This document shows, in pieces, positions 9,308 to 19,298 of a stretch of 64,000 bases of DNA. This DNA is from Longimicrobiales bacterium (lineage in GTDB: Bacteria > Gemmatimonadota > Gemmatimonadetes > Longimicrobiales > Gaopeijiaceae), in the NCBI GenBank assembly GCA_965198065.1, contig CBDAON010000004.1, positions 1,216,001-1,280,000 of the forward strand. Reading direction: 5' to 3'. The translations under genes and the position numbers were made by a program. Positions within the stretch are counted from its first letter, which is position 1. Every line of letters begins with the position of its first letter. Below the pieces are notes generated by a model that saw only the letters and a list, made by a program, of their open reading frames with translations, was not told the DNA's origin and made no database searches.

Positions 9308-9984
9308 AAATTATGGATTAGCCAACTATATTATTGCCCTAAATAGGGACAATGAGGCTATCAAATACTCGGCTGTAGACGATGTCCGGGTGTTTGAATT
9401 CCTGGACGAACTATACTCGCTCCCGCGAAACAATCCCATCGCGTCGTTCGAAATCGCCTCCGACATTACTTCCTATCTGAAGGCTCAGTTTGCCGGCTTG
9501 TTCCAGCGATTTCTTCAGGAGCAGAAACGTCTTCCTGAAATGCGAGTCTTGGAGGAGATGAACTCGGTTGCTAAGACTCTAAAGGATGTCGTTAGGTTCC
9601 TCACGGAAGAACGCAGGAGCGATGAGGCGATTAAGAATATCCTGGTTGCAAACCATCCCGCCTTCCGTCGTCTCGCAACACTCACCAATACGCCGTATCG
9701 AGTGTTTTTTTCTAGTCGCGATGAGATGGAGACATGGCTACGGGCAAGAGGCTGTACGATGATCGACGAAGCCCTCTTGGATGTAGACAGTGTTGCCGAG
9801 TGGCATCATGAAAAACTGGGATGCATCAAGTTTACAACTAGATTGTTCGATGACAACGACAAGTTACTCCTATTCACTGAGGAGGATTGGGACGACTCGT
9901 GGATCAAGCTTAAAGTGCCTGTTCCCGCCGACGATGACGACGACCTTCCGTTCTGAACCCCAGCTCGGACTCGCCTGGTCGAGC

Positions 9985-10072
9985 TTGAGTCGCCTGATCC
10001 GCGAGCGGCAGGGTGAGGGCATCGCCGTGGCCAAACAGCGGGGGGCGTATCGGCGCCGCAAGAAAGCGCTCA
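9985..10072 (+). pseudogene. Serine resolvase C-terminal remnant
   Basis: RLIRERQGEGIAVAKQRGAYRRRKKAL matches the resolvase hinge motif (IRER..EGI..AK.RG...GR). Confidence 0.6.
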
Positions 10073-10905
10073 GGTGCGCCGTCTACCAACACCCTACGTG
10101 CCCAATCTCGTGCGCGATTTCCGAGTTTCACGCAGACCCGTGCAGCTGGAAGGACTGAGGTGGTCCTACTTCGTTGGACAGTCCGAGGGCGATCCTAAGG
10201 TGGATTCCGATGGTCTCCAAAGCCCTGGGGGTCCCGCTCGAGGCCGGGTGTTATCCTTCGAGCCCGGTTTGAATATAACCTCCGCCTTCCCGTCGGGACT
10301 GGTTCCCGATGGGAAGACGGAGGGAAGGGCCGCGCGTAAATCCCGCGACGATCGCAGGCGTCGTTGCGCCGGTTGGGTGGCGTCGCGCCGGATCGTCCTC
10401 ACCACACCTCCGCGCCTTCGCGATAGGCCTGGCCCGGCGTCCGTCCGCCCAGAGACGAGTGCGGGCACGCTTATTGTAGAAGCAGGGATCAGTCTTCGCA
10501 AGTCCCGATGGGACAACGACTTGGCTACATGCCGCGGGCTGCGTGTATCACATGGTGTGTCCGAAGTTCGTAAGTCGCATTACCCGCTGGGTTTACGGGA
10601 CAAACACGCAGAAACGGAGAGATCTGGAGGCTCGGCCGCAGCCCGCTCCCGCGCCGAAGACGTCGCGTGAGGCGTCGGAATGCAGTAGGAGCAGTCTCCA
10701 AGCTATCCGATGAAGGGTGTTCATCGCGCATCCCGCCCAGCCTCTTGGGTTTAGGTGACGTGCCCCCAATTAAAAATGACCCACTACCGGCAGCCCAGCG
10801 TTGGTTGCGGCTCCCTCGGAGGGCGACTAATGTGATGCTCTGAAGGCGCGATCACGGCCTCCGCGTATCCCCCAGTAACCGCCACCCCCCCGAGATGGAA
10901 TCCGT

Positions 10906-11511
10906 ATGCAGGAGCTGTTCTTCGGTCCCGTCGCCATCTGGTTCACCGTGCCAGCGATTGCCGGCACCGTGTTCTTCTCCTTGCGTACGCTCCTCATGCT
11001 CGTCGGGGGTGCCGATACGGGCGTGGACGTCGATGTGGACTTCGATGTCGATGTGGATCTCGATGCGGGAGCCGATATCGACGTAGATACCGGCGAGTCC
11101 TCGTACGCCTTCAAGGTCCTGTCCGTCCAGGCGATCGCTGCTTTTCTGATGGGCTTTGGCTGGGGAGGGCTGGGTGCGTTCCGCGGCGGAGGCTGGGGGG
11201 GCACGATCAGCGTCGTCTTCGCGGTGGCGTGTGGAACGGGCATGGTTTGGTTCCTCGCGAAATTGCTCACGGCCATGTATGGCCTCCAGAGCAGCGGCAA
11301 CGTGCCCATATACCAGACCCTGGAGGCGGAGGGCACGGTGTACGCGAAGATCCCCGCCAAGGGTCTCGGGAAGGGGCGCGTGCGTGTCCTGATCGACGAC
11401 CGCCAACGGTTCTACAAAGCGATCACGGAGGGCGAGGCACTGCCCCGGAGCGAGAAGGTCCGCGTCGTGAGCATAAATGAGGACAACTCAGTAACAGTAA
11501 CGAAGGCATGA
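10906..11511 (+). CDS. NfeD-like (YqiJ/YuaF-type) membrane protein
   Basis: TM helices, a D/V-rich loop and a C-terminal OB-like GTVYAKIPA.G.G..RV motif; upstream of flotillin. Confidence 0.85.
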   Translation: MQELFFGPVAIWFTVPAIAGTVFFSLRTLLMLVGGADTGVDVDVDFDVDVDLDAGADIDVDTGESSYAFKVLSVQAIAAFLMGFGWGGLGAFRGGGWGGTISVVFAVACGTGMVWFLAKLLTAMYGLQSSGNVPIYQTLEAEGTVYAKIPAKGLGKGRVRVLIDDRQRFYKAITEGEALPRSEKVRVVSINEDNSVTVTKA

Positions 11512-11532
11512 ACTCCAGAGGGAGATAACACG

Positions 11533-13110
11533 ATGTTCCTGTTCGCCACGGTGGCACTCCTCCAAGTGGGCGCGTTCGAGGGCGATTTGAGGGTGTGGCT
11601 CGGCTTGATAGGTGGGGGTCTGCTTATCCTCTTCTTCGGCATCTCGTTCTTGGTGAAGCAATACAAGCGCTGTCCTTCCAACAGGATCCTGGTCATCTAT
11701 GGGAGGGTCGCGGGCGCACAGGCGGCACAGTGCCTCCACGGCGGCGGCAAGTTCATAATCCCGCTGTTGCAGGACTACGCGTTCTTGCCTCTCGAGCCGC
11801 TGGTCATCGATATCCCCCTGGAAGGAGCGCTGTCGCTCAACAACATCCGTGTGAACGTTCCCTCGACGTTCACGGTGGGCATTTCCACCGACCCGGTGCT
11901 CATGAACTCAGCAGCGGAAAGACTACTGCACCTGGATGAGAACCAGATTCGCGAGCAAGCCCAGGACATCATTCTGGGTCAGTTGCGGCTGGTCATTGCG
12001 ACCCTGTCGATCGAAGAGATTAACAAGGACCGCGAGAAGTTCATGAATCTCATCAACACGAACGTAGCCGAGGAGATCAACAAGGTGGGGCTCGCGCTGA
12101 TCAACGTGAACGTCCGTGACATCACCGACGAGAGTGGCTACATCGAAGCCATCGGGAAACGTGCGGCGGCGGAGGCGATCAATCGCGCCAAGGTGGAGGT
12201 CGCCCAGCAGGATCGCGACGGCGCTACCGGGCAGAAGGATGCCCAGCGCGATCAGCGGGTGCGCGTGGCTGCGCTGGAGGCGACCGCGATTGAGGGCGAG
12301 GTGAAGTCGAAGCGCGACTACGAGATCGCAACCGCCGAGCGGGAAGCCGAGACCATCGCCGCTAAGAAGAACGCGGAGCAGGAGCAGCGGGTGCAGGTTG
12401 CCGCGGCGGAGTCGACGGCGGTTCAGGGCGAGAACTCGTCACAGGGAGAGATCGCGAACTCAAACGCCCAGCTCGCAGAGGTGCGGGCCGAGGCGAAGCG
12501 CAGGGCTGAGATCGCGGCCGCACAGGCGGACGAGGCGATCTTCGGGGCTCAGCGCGAGCAGGAGATCGCCCGCTTGGGCAAAGACGAACTGGCGCCTCAG
12601 GAGATCGAGAAACAGCGGGTCGAGATCAAGGCCGAGGCGACTGCGGAGCAACTGCGGCGCGAGGCGCGCGGTGAGGCCGACGCGATGCTGGCCAAATTCG
12701 TGGCCGAGGCGGAGGGTACGCAAAAGGTGTTGGAGGCCAAGGCCGCGGGGTACCAGAGACTGGTCGAGGCCTGCGCCGGGAATCCGCAGATCGCTCCGAC
12801 TCTGCTCATGATCGAGCAGCTTCCTACCTTGGTCGCCGAGCAGGTGAAGGCGATTCAGAACCTCAAGATCGACAAGATCACTGTGTGGGATTCGGGGAAC
12901 GGTGGTCGTGGATCGAAGCACGGCGGTGGGACGGCCGATTTTCTGTCGAGCTTGATCGGGTCGCTGCCGGCGATCCACGAGCTGGCCGAGCAGGCGGGCA
13001 TTGAGTTGCCGACAGTGTTGGGCAAAATCACCCGCAATTCGGCCCGGTCGGAACCCACGGAGACGAAGGTTGTTGAGGTAGAGGAGTTGGTGAAAGCCGA
13101 CGAACCGTAA
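11533..13110 (+). CDS. Flotillin / SPFH-domain protein
   Basis: SPFH domain, EA-rich coiled coil, KIDKITVWD. Confidence 0.95.
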   Translation: MFLFATVALLQVGAFEGDLRVWLGLIGGGLLILFFGISFLVKQYKRCPSNRILVIYGRVAGAQAAQCLHGGGKFIIPLLQDYAFLPLEPLVIDIPLEGALSLNNIRVNVPSTFTVGISTDPVLMNSAAERLLHLDENQIREQAQDIILGQLRLVIATLSIEEINKDREKFMNLINTNVAEEINKVGLALINVNVRDITDESGYIEAIGKRAAAEAINRAKVEVAQQDRDGATGQKDAQRDQRVRVAALEATAIEGEVKSKRDYEIATAEREAETIAAKKNAEQEQRVQVAAAESTAVQGENSSQGEIANSNAQLAEVRAEAKRRAEIAAAQADEAIFGAQREQEIARLGKDELAPQEIEKQRVEIKAEATAEQLRREARGEADAMLAKFVAEAEGTQKVLEAKAAGYQRLVEACAGNPQIAPTLLMIEQLPTLVAEQVKAIQNLKIDKITVWDSGNGGRGSKHGGGTADFLSSLIGSLPAIHELAEQAGIELPTVLGKITRNSARSEPTETKVVEVEELVKADEP

Positions 13111-13119
13111 GCAGAAGAC

Positions 13120-13590
13120 TGACCTGAGCCCCTGAAACGAGACCAGGTGCAATGTTAGGATCGACCTGGTCCGAAGCTTTTCAGCGAGGAGGTCAGGATG
13201 GGAAGGAAGCGACACACTCCGGAGCAGATCATCACTGCACTGCGGGAGGCAGAGGTGGGTCTGGCCCGCGGCAAATCCGTGAAGCTGATGAGCCGGGAGC
13301 TGGGCATCACCGAGCAGACGTACTACCGATGGAGGCGGGAGTACGGCGGGATGAAGGTGAGCCAGGCACGGCGCCTGAAGGAGCTCGAGCGCGAGAACGG
13401 GCGCCTGAAGCGAGCAGTGGCGGACTTGACACTGGACAAGCTGATCGTGGAGGAAGCGGCCAAGGGAAACTTCTGAGCCCCGAGGGCCGACGACGTTGTG
13501 TGGTGCGTGTACGTCAGCAGCTCGGGGCGTCGGAGAGGAGAGCGTGCCGGGTGCTCGGGCAGCCACGCACGACCCAGCGCCGGGCTCTTC
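13120..13590 (+). mobile_element. Truncated IS3-family element (left IR, intact orfA 13198-13476, start of orfB)
   Basis: TGACCTGAGCCCCTGAAACGAGACC left end; MGRKRHTPEQII...; orfB similarity ends after SERRACRVLGQPRTTQR. Confidence 0.88.
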
Positions 13591-13730
13591 AAGAGATCCT
13601 CGTCCAAGGCACGAGTACGCGCCACAACACGACGGACCGTGTCCGATCTCGTGATCGTCGCGTCCACCGACCGGTAGTAACGCAGCACAAGTCCCGCAGC
13701 GGCTTGGAAGGCGTCATGTCCGACACGTGT

Positions 13731-14993
13731 TTACCGGGACCGGTCGGGACCTCCTCTCCGTGTATAAGCCTCTTCTGGATAGACGTAACCGGGATCCAGG
13801 GTGGTCCCGTCCTCTGGCATGATTCGCAGGAGGTTGTCCCGGGCCACTTTCTCTGCAGCGCCAGTGGTCAATCTCGATAGGAGCCGATCGTACCGGCGGA
13901 CAGTATCCTCGTACCCTTCGTAGCGCCCAACCGCATCTGATCCAATCACGAAGTTGTCGGGGTATTGCTCGATCAATCCCGTCCACGCACTCAGGTCCTC
14001 TAGCACGTAGTCCTCGTAGACCACCCAGGATAGGTCAATGTAGACGTGGTTTCTGTGAGTCGCGAGTACCGACGCCAGAACTACTGGAAGAGAATCGACG
14101 ACGATGCGACGGCTGATGCCGGCATGGCACCAGATGAAGGTCGTGTTGGGGAACTCGTCGAACGCACGCAGCAGCTCCGGAAGATAGTCGGCGTCCCTCG
14201 CTTCTCCTTGCGGGGAGACGGCGGCAATGTTGTGGTGAATGCTCACGGGTAGACCGACTCGGCCAGCGAAGTCGAAGATGCGGAACAGTGCCGGGTGATC
14301 CGCGTGAGGACGCTCACCGGTCGTCAGGTTGGTCAAGTCATCGTGGCGAGACATCACCTCGCCGATTCCCCTGAACACACCGGGGAATTCCTTGATGCGC
14401 TTTATGATCATGTCCACCGCACCGAGGTCCGTCCCGTCGAATCCGGAGACAAGCGGGAACAGCCGTTCGAGCTGGGCCGCCGCCCCGTGCTCCCGGCGGT
14501 AGTCTTCGATCGCTAGCGCCAGGACATAGTCAGTGTCTCGCGCTCGCACGACGCGGGAACTGCTATCCAGGTAATACGCCGGGCGGGCGGGGTCACCCTC
14601 CGCCCATTTCTTGAGAAACGGCATGCCCGAGATGACCGCGTGGCTCACGTTGGCCTGGTCCATGGCCCACAGCACCGCCTCGATGCGCCGGCCCCGTTCG
14701 CCAGCGGCCGGGGTGTTGGCCGGAGAGCTGTAGACCAGCCGCCCATCGACGAGGTATTCGCCGTTCTGCAAGAAGTCCAGGATATGGAGGTGGGCGTCGG
14801 CCGTGAGGGGAACCTGCAACGCCGGACTCGCAGGCACGGGCACCGAGGGGCTGGGAGGGCCCTGCTGGGTTTGGGTTGCGCATGCCACCAGCGTCGGCAA
14901 CACCGTGACCATCAGTCCCACCACGCGCAGCGGGTACGACTGGATTCCCCGGGCAGTGCCCAAAGCCAACCTACGTCCAGCAAATTCGGTCAC
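13731..14993 (-). CDS. Amidohydrolase-family (TIM-barrel) protein, probably a lipoprotein
   Basis: DAHLH, GIGEVMSRHD, SIHH, WCHAG, IGSD metal-binding motifs; LVAC lipobox. Confidence 0.88.
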   Translation of the reverse strand: MTEFAGRRLALGTARGIQSYPLRVVGLMVTVLPTLVACATQTQQGPPSPSVPVPASPALQVPLTADAHLHILDFLQNGEYLVDGRLVYSSPANTPAAGERGRRIEAVLWAMDQANVSHAVISGMPFLKKWAEGDPARPAYYLDSSSRVVRARDTDYVLALAIEDYRREHGAAAQLERLFPLVSGFDGTDLGAVDMIIKRIKEFPGVFRGIGEVMSRHDDLTNLTTGERPHADHPALFRIFDFAGRVGLPVSIHHNIAAVSPQGEARDADYLPELLRAFDEFPNTTFIWCHAGISRRIVVDSLPVVLASVLATHRNHVYIDLSWVVYEDYVLEDLSAWTGLIEQYPDNFVIGSDAVGRYEGYEDTVRRYDRLLSRLTTGAAEKVARDNLLRIMPEDGTTLDPGYVYPEEAYTRRGGPDRSR

Positions 14994-15008
14994 GAGCCGA
15001 CCTCCTAG

Positions 15009-15185
15009 TGTCGTTTCAGATTCGCCGCGAACACGGGAGAAAAGATAGCCACCGTCCAGAGGGGGAAGATAGCGCGCCGCAAGCTGAGTCTGCTACAGCT
15101 GGCCCAGGAGTTCGGCAAGGTGAGCAAGGCGTGCAAGATCGTGGGCTACAACAGCCGGCAGCAGTTCTACGAGATCAGGAGGAAC
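15009..15185 (+). pseudogene. IS481-family 5' remnant
   Basis: KIARRKLSLLQLAQEFGKVSKACKIVGY..SRQQFYEIRR, preceded by a TGT start. Confidence 0.7.
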
Positions 15186-15187
15186 AC

Positions 15188-15372
15188 GCTAAGCTTCCGT
15201 GCGGGCGGAAGTTGTTGTAGTCGGCCCGCCAGTGATCGAGGACCCGCTGGGCGTCCTCGAGATCGATGAACCAGTGTTGCCGATAGGCACTCACGCCGAA
15301 GCAGCGAGTTGAACGCCTCGATATGGGTGTTGTCGGTCGGCTTGCCCGGTCGGCTGAAGGCGAGCCGTATTC
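15188..15372 (-). pseudogene. IS3 OrfB C-terminal remnant
   Basis: RPGKPTDNTHIEAFN..LRRECL / HWF.DLEDAQ..LDHWRADYNNFRPHGSL, split across two frames. Confidence 0.8.
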
Positions 15373-15425
15373 GGTTCCCAAGGGGTGTGGGGTGTGATGC
15401 GCCCTCCGAGTTCATCGTGGTTTGA

Positions 15426-15650
15426 TCAGAGGTCTACGCTGAGGCCAGTGCGAAGATTGAAGTCACCGTTCGAGAGGCCCTCCGGCGGGCGTGAGTCCCG
15501 TAGCCACTCAAGTGAGACCGTCGCCCGGAGAGTATCTGTGAGCGGTATCGAACCGCTCAGCTCGTTCAGAACCCTGGCATCCCCCAAATCCGTCAGTTCA
15601 TGGGTCGTCATGTCGTTCTCCCGAAAGGTTCGGATGTTGTGAAAAAACGA
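15426..15650 (-). pseudogene. C-terminal fragment of an outer-membrane beta-barrel (DUF481-like)
   Basis: Alternating strands ending DSRPPEG...D..LRTGLSVDL; no N-terminus. Confidence 0.4.
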
Positions 15651-15713
15651 TTCCTAAACCCTTCCGGGAGCGGCGTGGCCACCGCCGCCGCGCCCGACTC
15701 TTAACGGTCGCGC

Positions 15714-17000
15714 TGATCTACCCCCCTAAAACGAGACCGAGTCCAGTTTTAAGAATCTGGACGGGGTCAAGACACGAAAGGGGAGGGCACAATGGCCGCA
15801 CCAAAGAGGCTGAGTCCGGCACAGATCATCAACCGGCTACGCAAGGCAGAGGTGGCCCTGGCGAACGGCAATACGACCAAAGAGGTGTGGCGAGACCTGG
15901 GGGTGAGCGAGCAAACGTACTACCGATGGCGGCGGGAGTACGGGGGAATGAAGCTGAGCCAGGCGAAGCGTCTCAAGGAGCTCGAGGGAAGGAGAACCAA
16001 CAGCTGAAGCGGGCGGTGGCAGAGCTGACGCTGGACAAGCTGATCTTGAAGGAAGCCTCCGAGGGAAACTTCTAAGCCCCGAGCGGCGCAGACGCTGCGT
16101 GGTGCAAGTACGCCAGCGGCTTGGGGTGAGTGAGCGCAAGGCGTGCCGGGTGTTGGGCCAGGCACGCTCGACGCAGCGTCGGATACCGAAGCGAAGCGAA
16201 GACGAGGAGGCGCTGAGACAGGACGTGGTGAAGGTGGCCCGACGGTTTGGACGCTACGGGTACCGGATGGTGACGGGGATGCTGAGGACGGAGGGCTGGG
16301 CCGTGAACCACAAGCGGGTGGAGCGGATCTGGAGACAGGAGGGGCTCAAGGTGCCAAGTAAGCAGCCGAAACGAGGAAGGCTGTGGCTGACCGACGGTTC
16401 TTGTATCCGACTGCGGCCCCTGTACCGACACCATGTATGGGCGTATGACTTCGTGGCGGACCGGACGCATGATGGACGGCCGCTCAAGATGCTGACGGTG
16501 CTGGATGAGTACAGCCGGGAGTGCCTGGCGATCGTGGTGACTCGCAGGCTTCAGGCGGACGATGTTCTGCAGACGCTGAGCGAGCTGTTTGCCGAGCACG
16601 GTCCACCGGCGAATCTTCGCTCCGACAACGGTCCGGAGTTCACGGCCCGAGTGGTTCGGCAGTGGCTCGGTGAGCTAGGCGTGAAGACGCTGTTCATCGA
16701 GCCGGGCAGCCCGTGGGAGAACGGCTACAATGAGAGCTTTAACGGCACGCTCCGAAACGAGCTGCTGAAGCGCGAAATCTTCCATTCGCTGGAGGAGGCG
16801 AAGGTGCTGATCGAGCAGTGGCGGCGCGAATACAACACGCATCGACCGCACAGCTCTCTGGGTTATCGACCCCCGGCCCCCGAAGCGATCCGGCCAGACC
16901 CAAAGCTGCTCAACCTACCTCTGCTTCTTGGACCACCCCCCAGCCAAAAGGAGGTGCTTGGACTAACACTCTAGGTGGTACCGCTTTTGGGGGCAGGTCA
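15714..17000 (+). mobile_element. Full-length IS3-family element; orfA (15792-16075) frameshifted, orfB (~16072-16974) intact
   Basis: Ends TGATCTACCCCCC / GGGGGCAGGTCA; orfA changes frame near 15987 (ELE|KENQQL); GGGAAAC at the orfA/orfB junction; DDE motifs; no TSD visible. Confidence 0.92.
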
Positions 17001-17012
17001 CTGGCCTATTTG

Positions 17013-17038
17013 GCCCCTAGCAATGCTAGGGGCTTTTT
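17013..17038 (+). terminator. Rho-independent terminator-like hairpin
   Basis: GCCCCTAGC-AAT-GCTAGGGGC followed by TTTTT. Confidence 0.7.
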
Positions 17039-17095
17039 CATGAGGTGTGGGGACGAGTGTTGGGACTCTGGGACACGAGACGTAGTGTCTGAAAG

Positions 17096-17521
17096 CTATG
17101 ACGAAGTGGGTGCGCCCCTTCCCAACACCATGCCGATCACTGCGCCAGTGACTCCGAAAAGGACCATCGAAACGAACGGATCGACGAGTGTCGCAGTCAG
17201 GTTGGAGACATTCGTGGTTCCGTAGAACATCAAATCGAAGCCAAGCGCGACCAAGAACCCCCATAGTGCGCCCACCTTTGCGCCGCCGCCGGCCGAACGG
17301 CTGTCGCCCCAACGATCGATGGCTATCGTGATGAATAGTACAGCGGGGATCTGACCCAGACCTATCGCCAGAAGGTTCAGGGGTTCCCGGGTGACTCCCG
17401 TTGCCGAGCCCATGTTCGCCTCGAAGAATCCGGCCATGGCGATCCCGTAGAGGAGATATCCCAGGAGAAATGAGGTGATGGCTCCGGCCAGGGTAGCAAA
17501 GACGAGCTTGTTCGTCCCCAT
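17096..17521 (-). CDS. Four-TM membrane protein (DUF1761-like)
   Basis: MGTNKLVFATLAGAITSFLLGYLLYG...; GGAGGG RBS. Confidence 0.7.
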   Translation of the reverse strand: MGTNKLVFATLAGAITSFLLGYLLYGIAMAGFFEANMGSATGVTREPLNLLAIGLGQIPAVLFITIAIDRWGDSRSAGGGAKVGALWGFLVALGFDLMFYGTTNVSNLTATLVDPFVSMVLFGVTGAVIGMVLGRGAPTSS

Positions 17522-17683
17522 GTGTCCCTCCCGCCAGGGTGGTGCGCGGTTCTGTGCCGACCGGTCCCAGTATGGGACAGTGGCAGGCAACCCCCTGCCA
17601 GCTCGACCTGCCCTCCCCTGCATTCGTCCGGGGGGATACGCTGTTCGTGGACGGGGAGCCAGTGGCGACTCTTCCTCGCCGTC

Positions 17684-17990
17684 TCACTCCACAGGTAAGA
17701 TTTGCCTGAGGACCGGCTTGAATAGCACCCCGTTCGGGCTGTCCGGAGGGCCCTGGAAGACGAAGCTTTTAGAGACGTAGAAGTCAACGAGCACGATCGT
17801 GGTTTACCCGCCCTCAAGAACAAGGCTGCCGCTGTCGTCTTCCTCGCCTTCTTCGCCGTTCAAGATCACCCTGAAGAAAGTCGACGGAACGGTCAGGTCC
17901 CGCTCGGAGGAGCCATCTGAGAACGTGAAGCCGTCTGCCAGGGCGAGGTGGGCTTCCTCAACCATCCCTGTCTTCACCCCCCTCAGCTCC
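17684..17990 (-). pseudogene. DUF4382-like C-terminal fragment with an internal TAA
   Basis: DLTVPS...EGG*TTIVLVDFYVSKSFVFQG.P....VLFKPVL. Confidence 0.55.
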
Positions 17991-18027
17991 ACGACTGGAG
18001 TCGGCGGCTTTCGCGCTTCGGGGCGGG

Positions 18028-19104
18028 TCATGAGAGGCGATCCAGGAGCGCCGGAATCGCCTCGTCGGCCATGATGTCGGCAACCGCTGCGGTCGGGCTT
18101 TCGATCGACACGCCCTGGGTCTTGTAGGGACCCCAGAGCAAGGGGCTTCCCCGCGGATGCAGGACAACCGCTGGCCTGTCGAACGCGCTGCACGCGTGAG
18201 AGATGCTGGTATCCGGCGTGAAGACGACGTCCGCTCGTGCGACGATCGACATCGCGTCGCGAATCCCCGAGTCCGCGAAGAATCGGCCGCCGCCTTTGGT
18301 CGCGATGCGGACCGCGCGAGCACGGTCGCTGGACGAGCTGATGACGACGATGTTCGCGTCCGGAGCCTTTGCCCGAGCGGCGCGGATCACGGCGACGAAC
18401 CGGTCGTCGGGCCATTCGCGAGGTCCGCGCCCAGCCGAGACGTTCACGAGAAGACGTTTACCTGCCCGAGGTGCGTGCTCGGTCCCGTCGCGCCAGACCC
18501 GCTCGCCACGTGCGATCTCGTCCGGTGCGAGCCGCACTCGCGGACGAAGGTCCAGCGCCGACGGCTCGAGACCAAAGGCGGTGACCAACGCACCGAGCCG
18601 GTCGACGAGGTGCCCGGCCGTCTCGCGCGCCGTGACGGGCAGCGTGTACGCGAAGTCGTTGCCACGCTCCTGAACGCCGATCCGGTAGCGCGCCGCAGTC
18701 GCGAGCATGAGGAGTAGCGTGGTGAGGGATGGTGCCCTCACCATGCAATCGATGACCGCGTCGTAGCGCCGACGGCGGAGGTCGACGAAGGCGCTCGGAA
18801 AGCTCAGCGGGGCTCGTCGGTCGAAGACGATTACGTCGCGCAGGTACGGCTCGTGTCGGACGACTGGCGCGTTCACGGGGGATGCCAGCACATCGAGCTG
18901 GATGGTCGGGTGCGACTCGGCGAACGCCCGGAGGATGCCCGTCGACAGGATCATGTCGCCGATCCTGTCGTGGCGGAGGAACAGCACGCGATAGGGGCGC
19001 TCGCTCCAATCCGGCCGCTCGGCACGGGCGCTTTGGCCCATGACCCTTGCGATGCCTGACGTCGTGATGCGCCTAACGAGTCGTTCCAGGCTCTTCCACT
19101 TCAT
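18028..19104 (-). CDS. Glycosyltransferase family 9 (LPS heptosyltransferase-like)
   Basis: LRHDRIGDMIL, REWP..RF, TPDTSISH. Confidence 0.92.
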   Translation of the reverse strand: MKWKSLERLVRRITTSGIARVMGQSARAERPDWSERPYRVLFLRHDRIGDMILSTGILRAFAESHPTIQLDVLASPVNAPVVRHEPYLRDVIVFDRRAPLSFPSAFVDLRRRRYDAVIDCMVRAPSLTTLLLMLATAARYRIGVQERGNDFAYTLPVTARETAGHLVDRLGALVTAFGLEPSALDLRPRVRLAPDEIARGERVWRDGTEHAPRAGKRLLVNVSAGRGPREWPDDRFVAVIRAARAKAPDANIVVISSSSDRARAVRIATKGGGRFFADSGIRDAMSIVARADVVFTPDTSISHACSAFDRPAVVLHPRGSPLLWGPYKTQGVSIESPTAAVADIMADEAIPALLDRLS

Positions 19105-19298
19105 TCGGCGACTCAGCTTCTCAGTTCGACTCAGGCGGGTTACGGATCAACGACCGCGCGGCATCGAAAGATATGCCCTGAGGCCATGAATCCAGCGCTG
19201 CCCGCAATCGACCGGGCGCTACTGCGCCTGCCCCGAGACACGAATCCGGTGCGCCCCGCGGAGCGAAGCGCACCGGATCCGACTCGGCAGCGGTCACT

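Larger units (their letters stand above)
6801..9338 (+). mobile_element. Complete IS1595-family transporter IS (2538 bp) with three passenger ORFs
   Basis: 25-bp IRs, 20/25 identical (GGCAATAACTTACTTGACTAAACCA vs GGCAATAATATAGTTGGCTAATCCA); 8-bp TSD CTAAATAG at 6793-6800 and 9339-9346. Confidence 0.95.
6444..9956 (+). pseudogene. DUF4062-domain protein, split by IS1595 and frameshifted (reconstructed ~319 aa)
   Basis: MARPRIFVSSTFYDL...CD.IVAVVGGRFG...SISHVELRRA...VFVFV. Removing one CTACGAC copy, the IS and one TSD copy gives a continuous 960-nt ORF (...YKLNR|DNEAIKY...). Confidence 0.88.

Noticed and set aside
10755..10795. Isolated IS-end-like sequence TGACGTGCCCCC...TGACCCAC
   Set aside because: No partner IR or adjacent transposase found.
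11020..11095. GACGTCGAT-like short repeats
   Set aside because: They encode the D/V-rich loop of the NfeD-like protein.
13120..17000. Composite transposon of two related IS3 copies around the amidohydrolase
   Set aside because: The copies are clearly divergent, the left one is truncated, and the outer flanks share no TSD.
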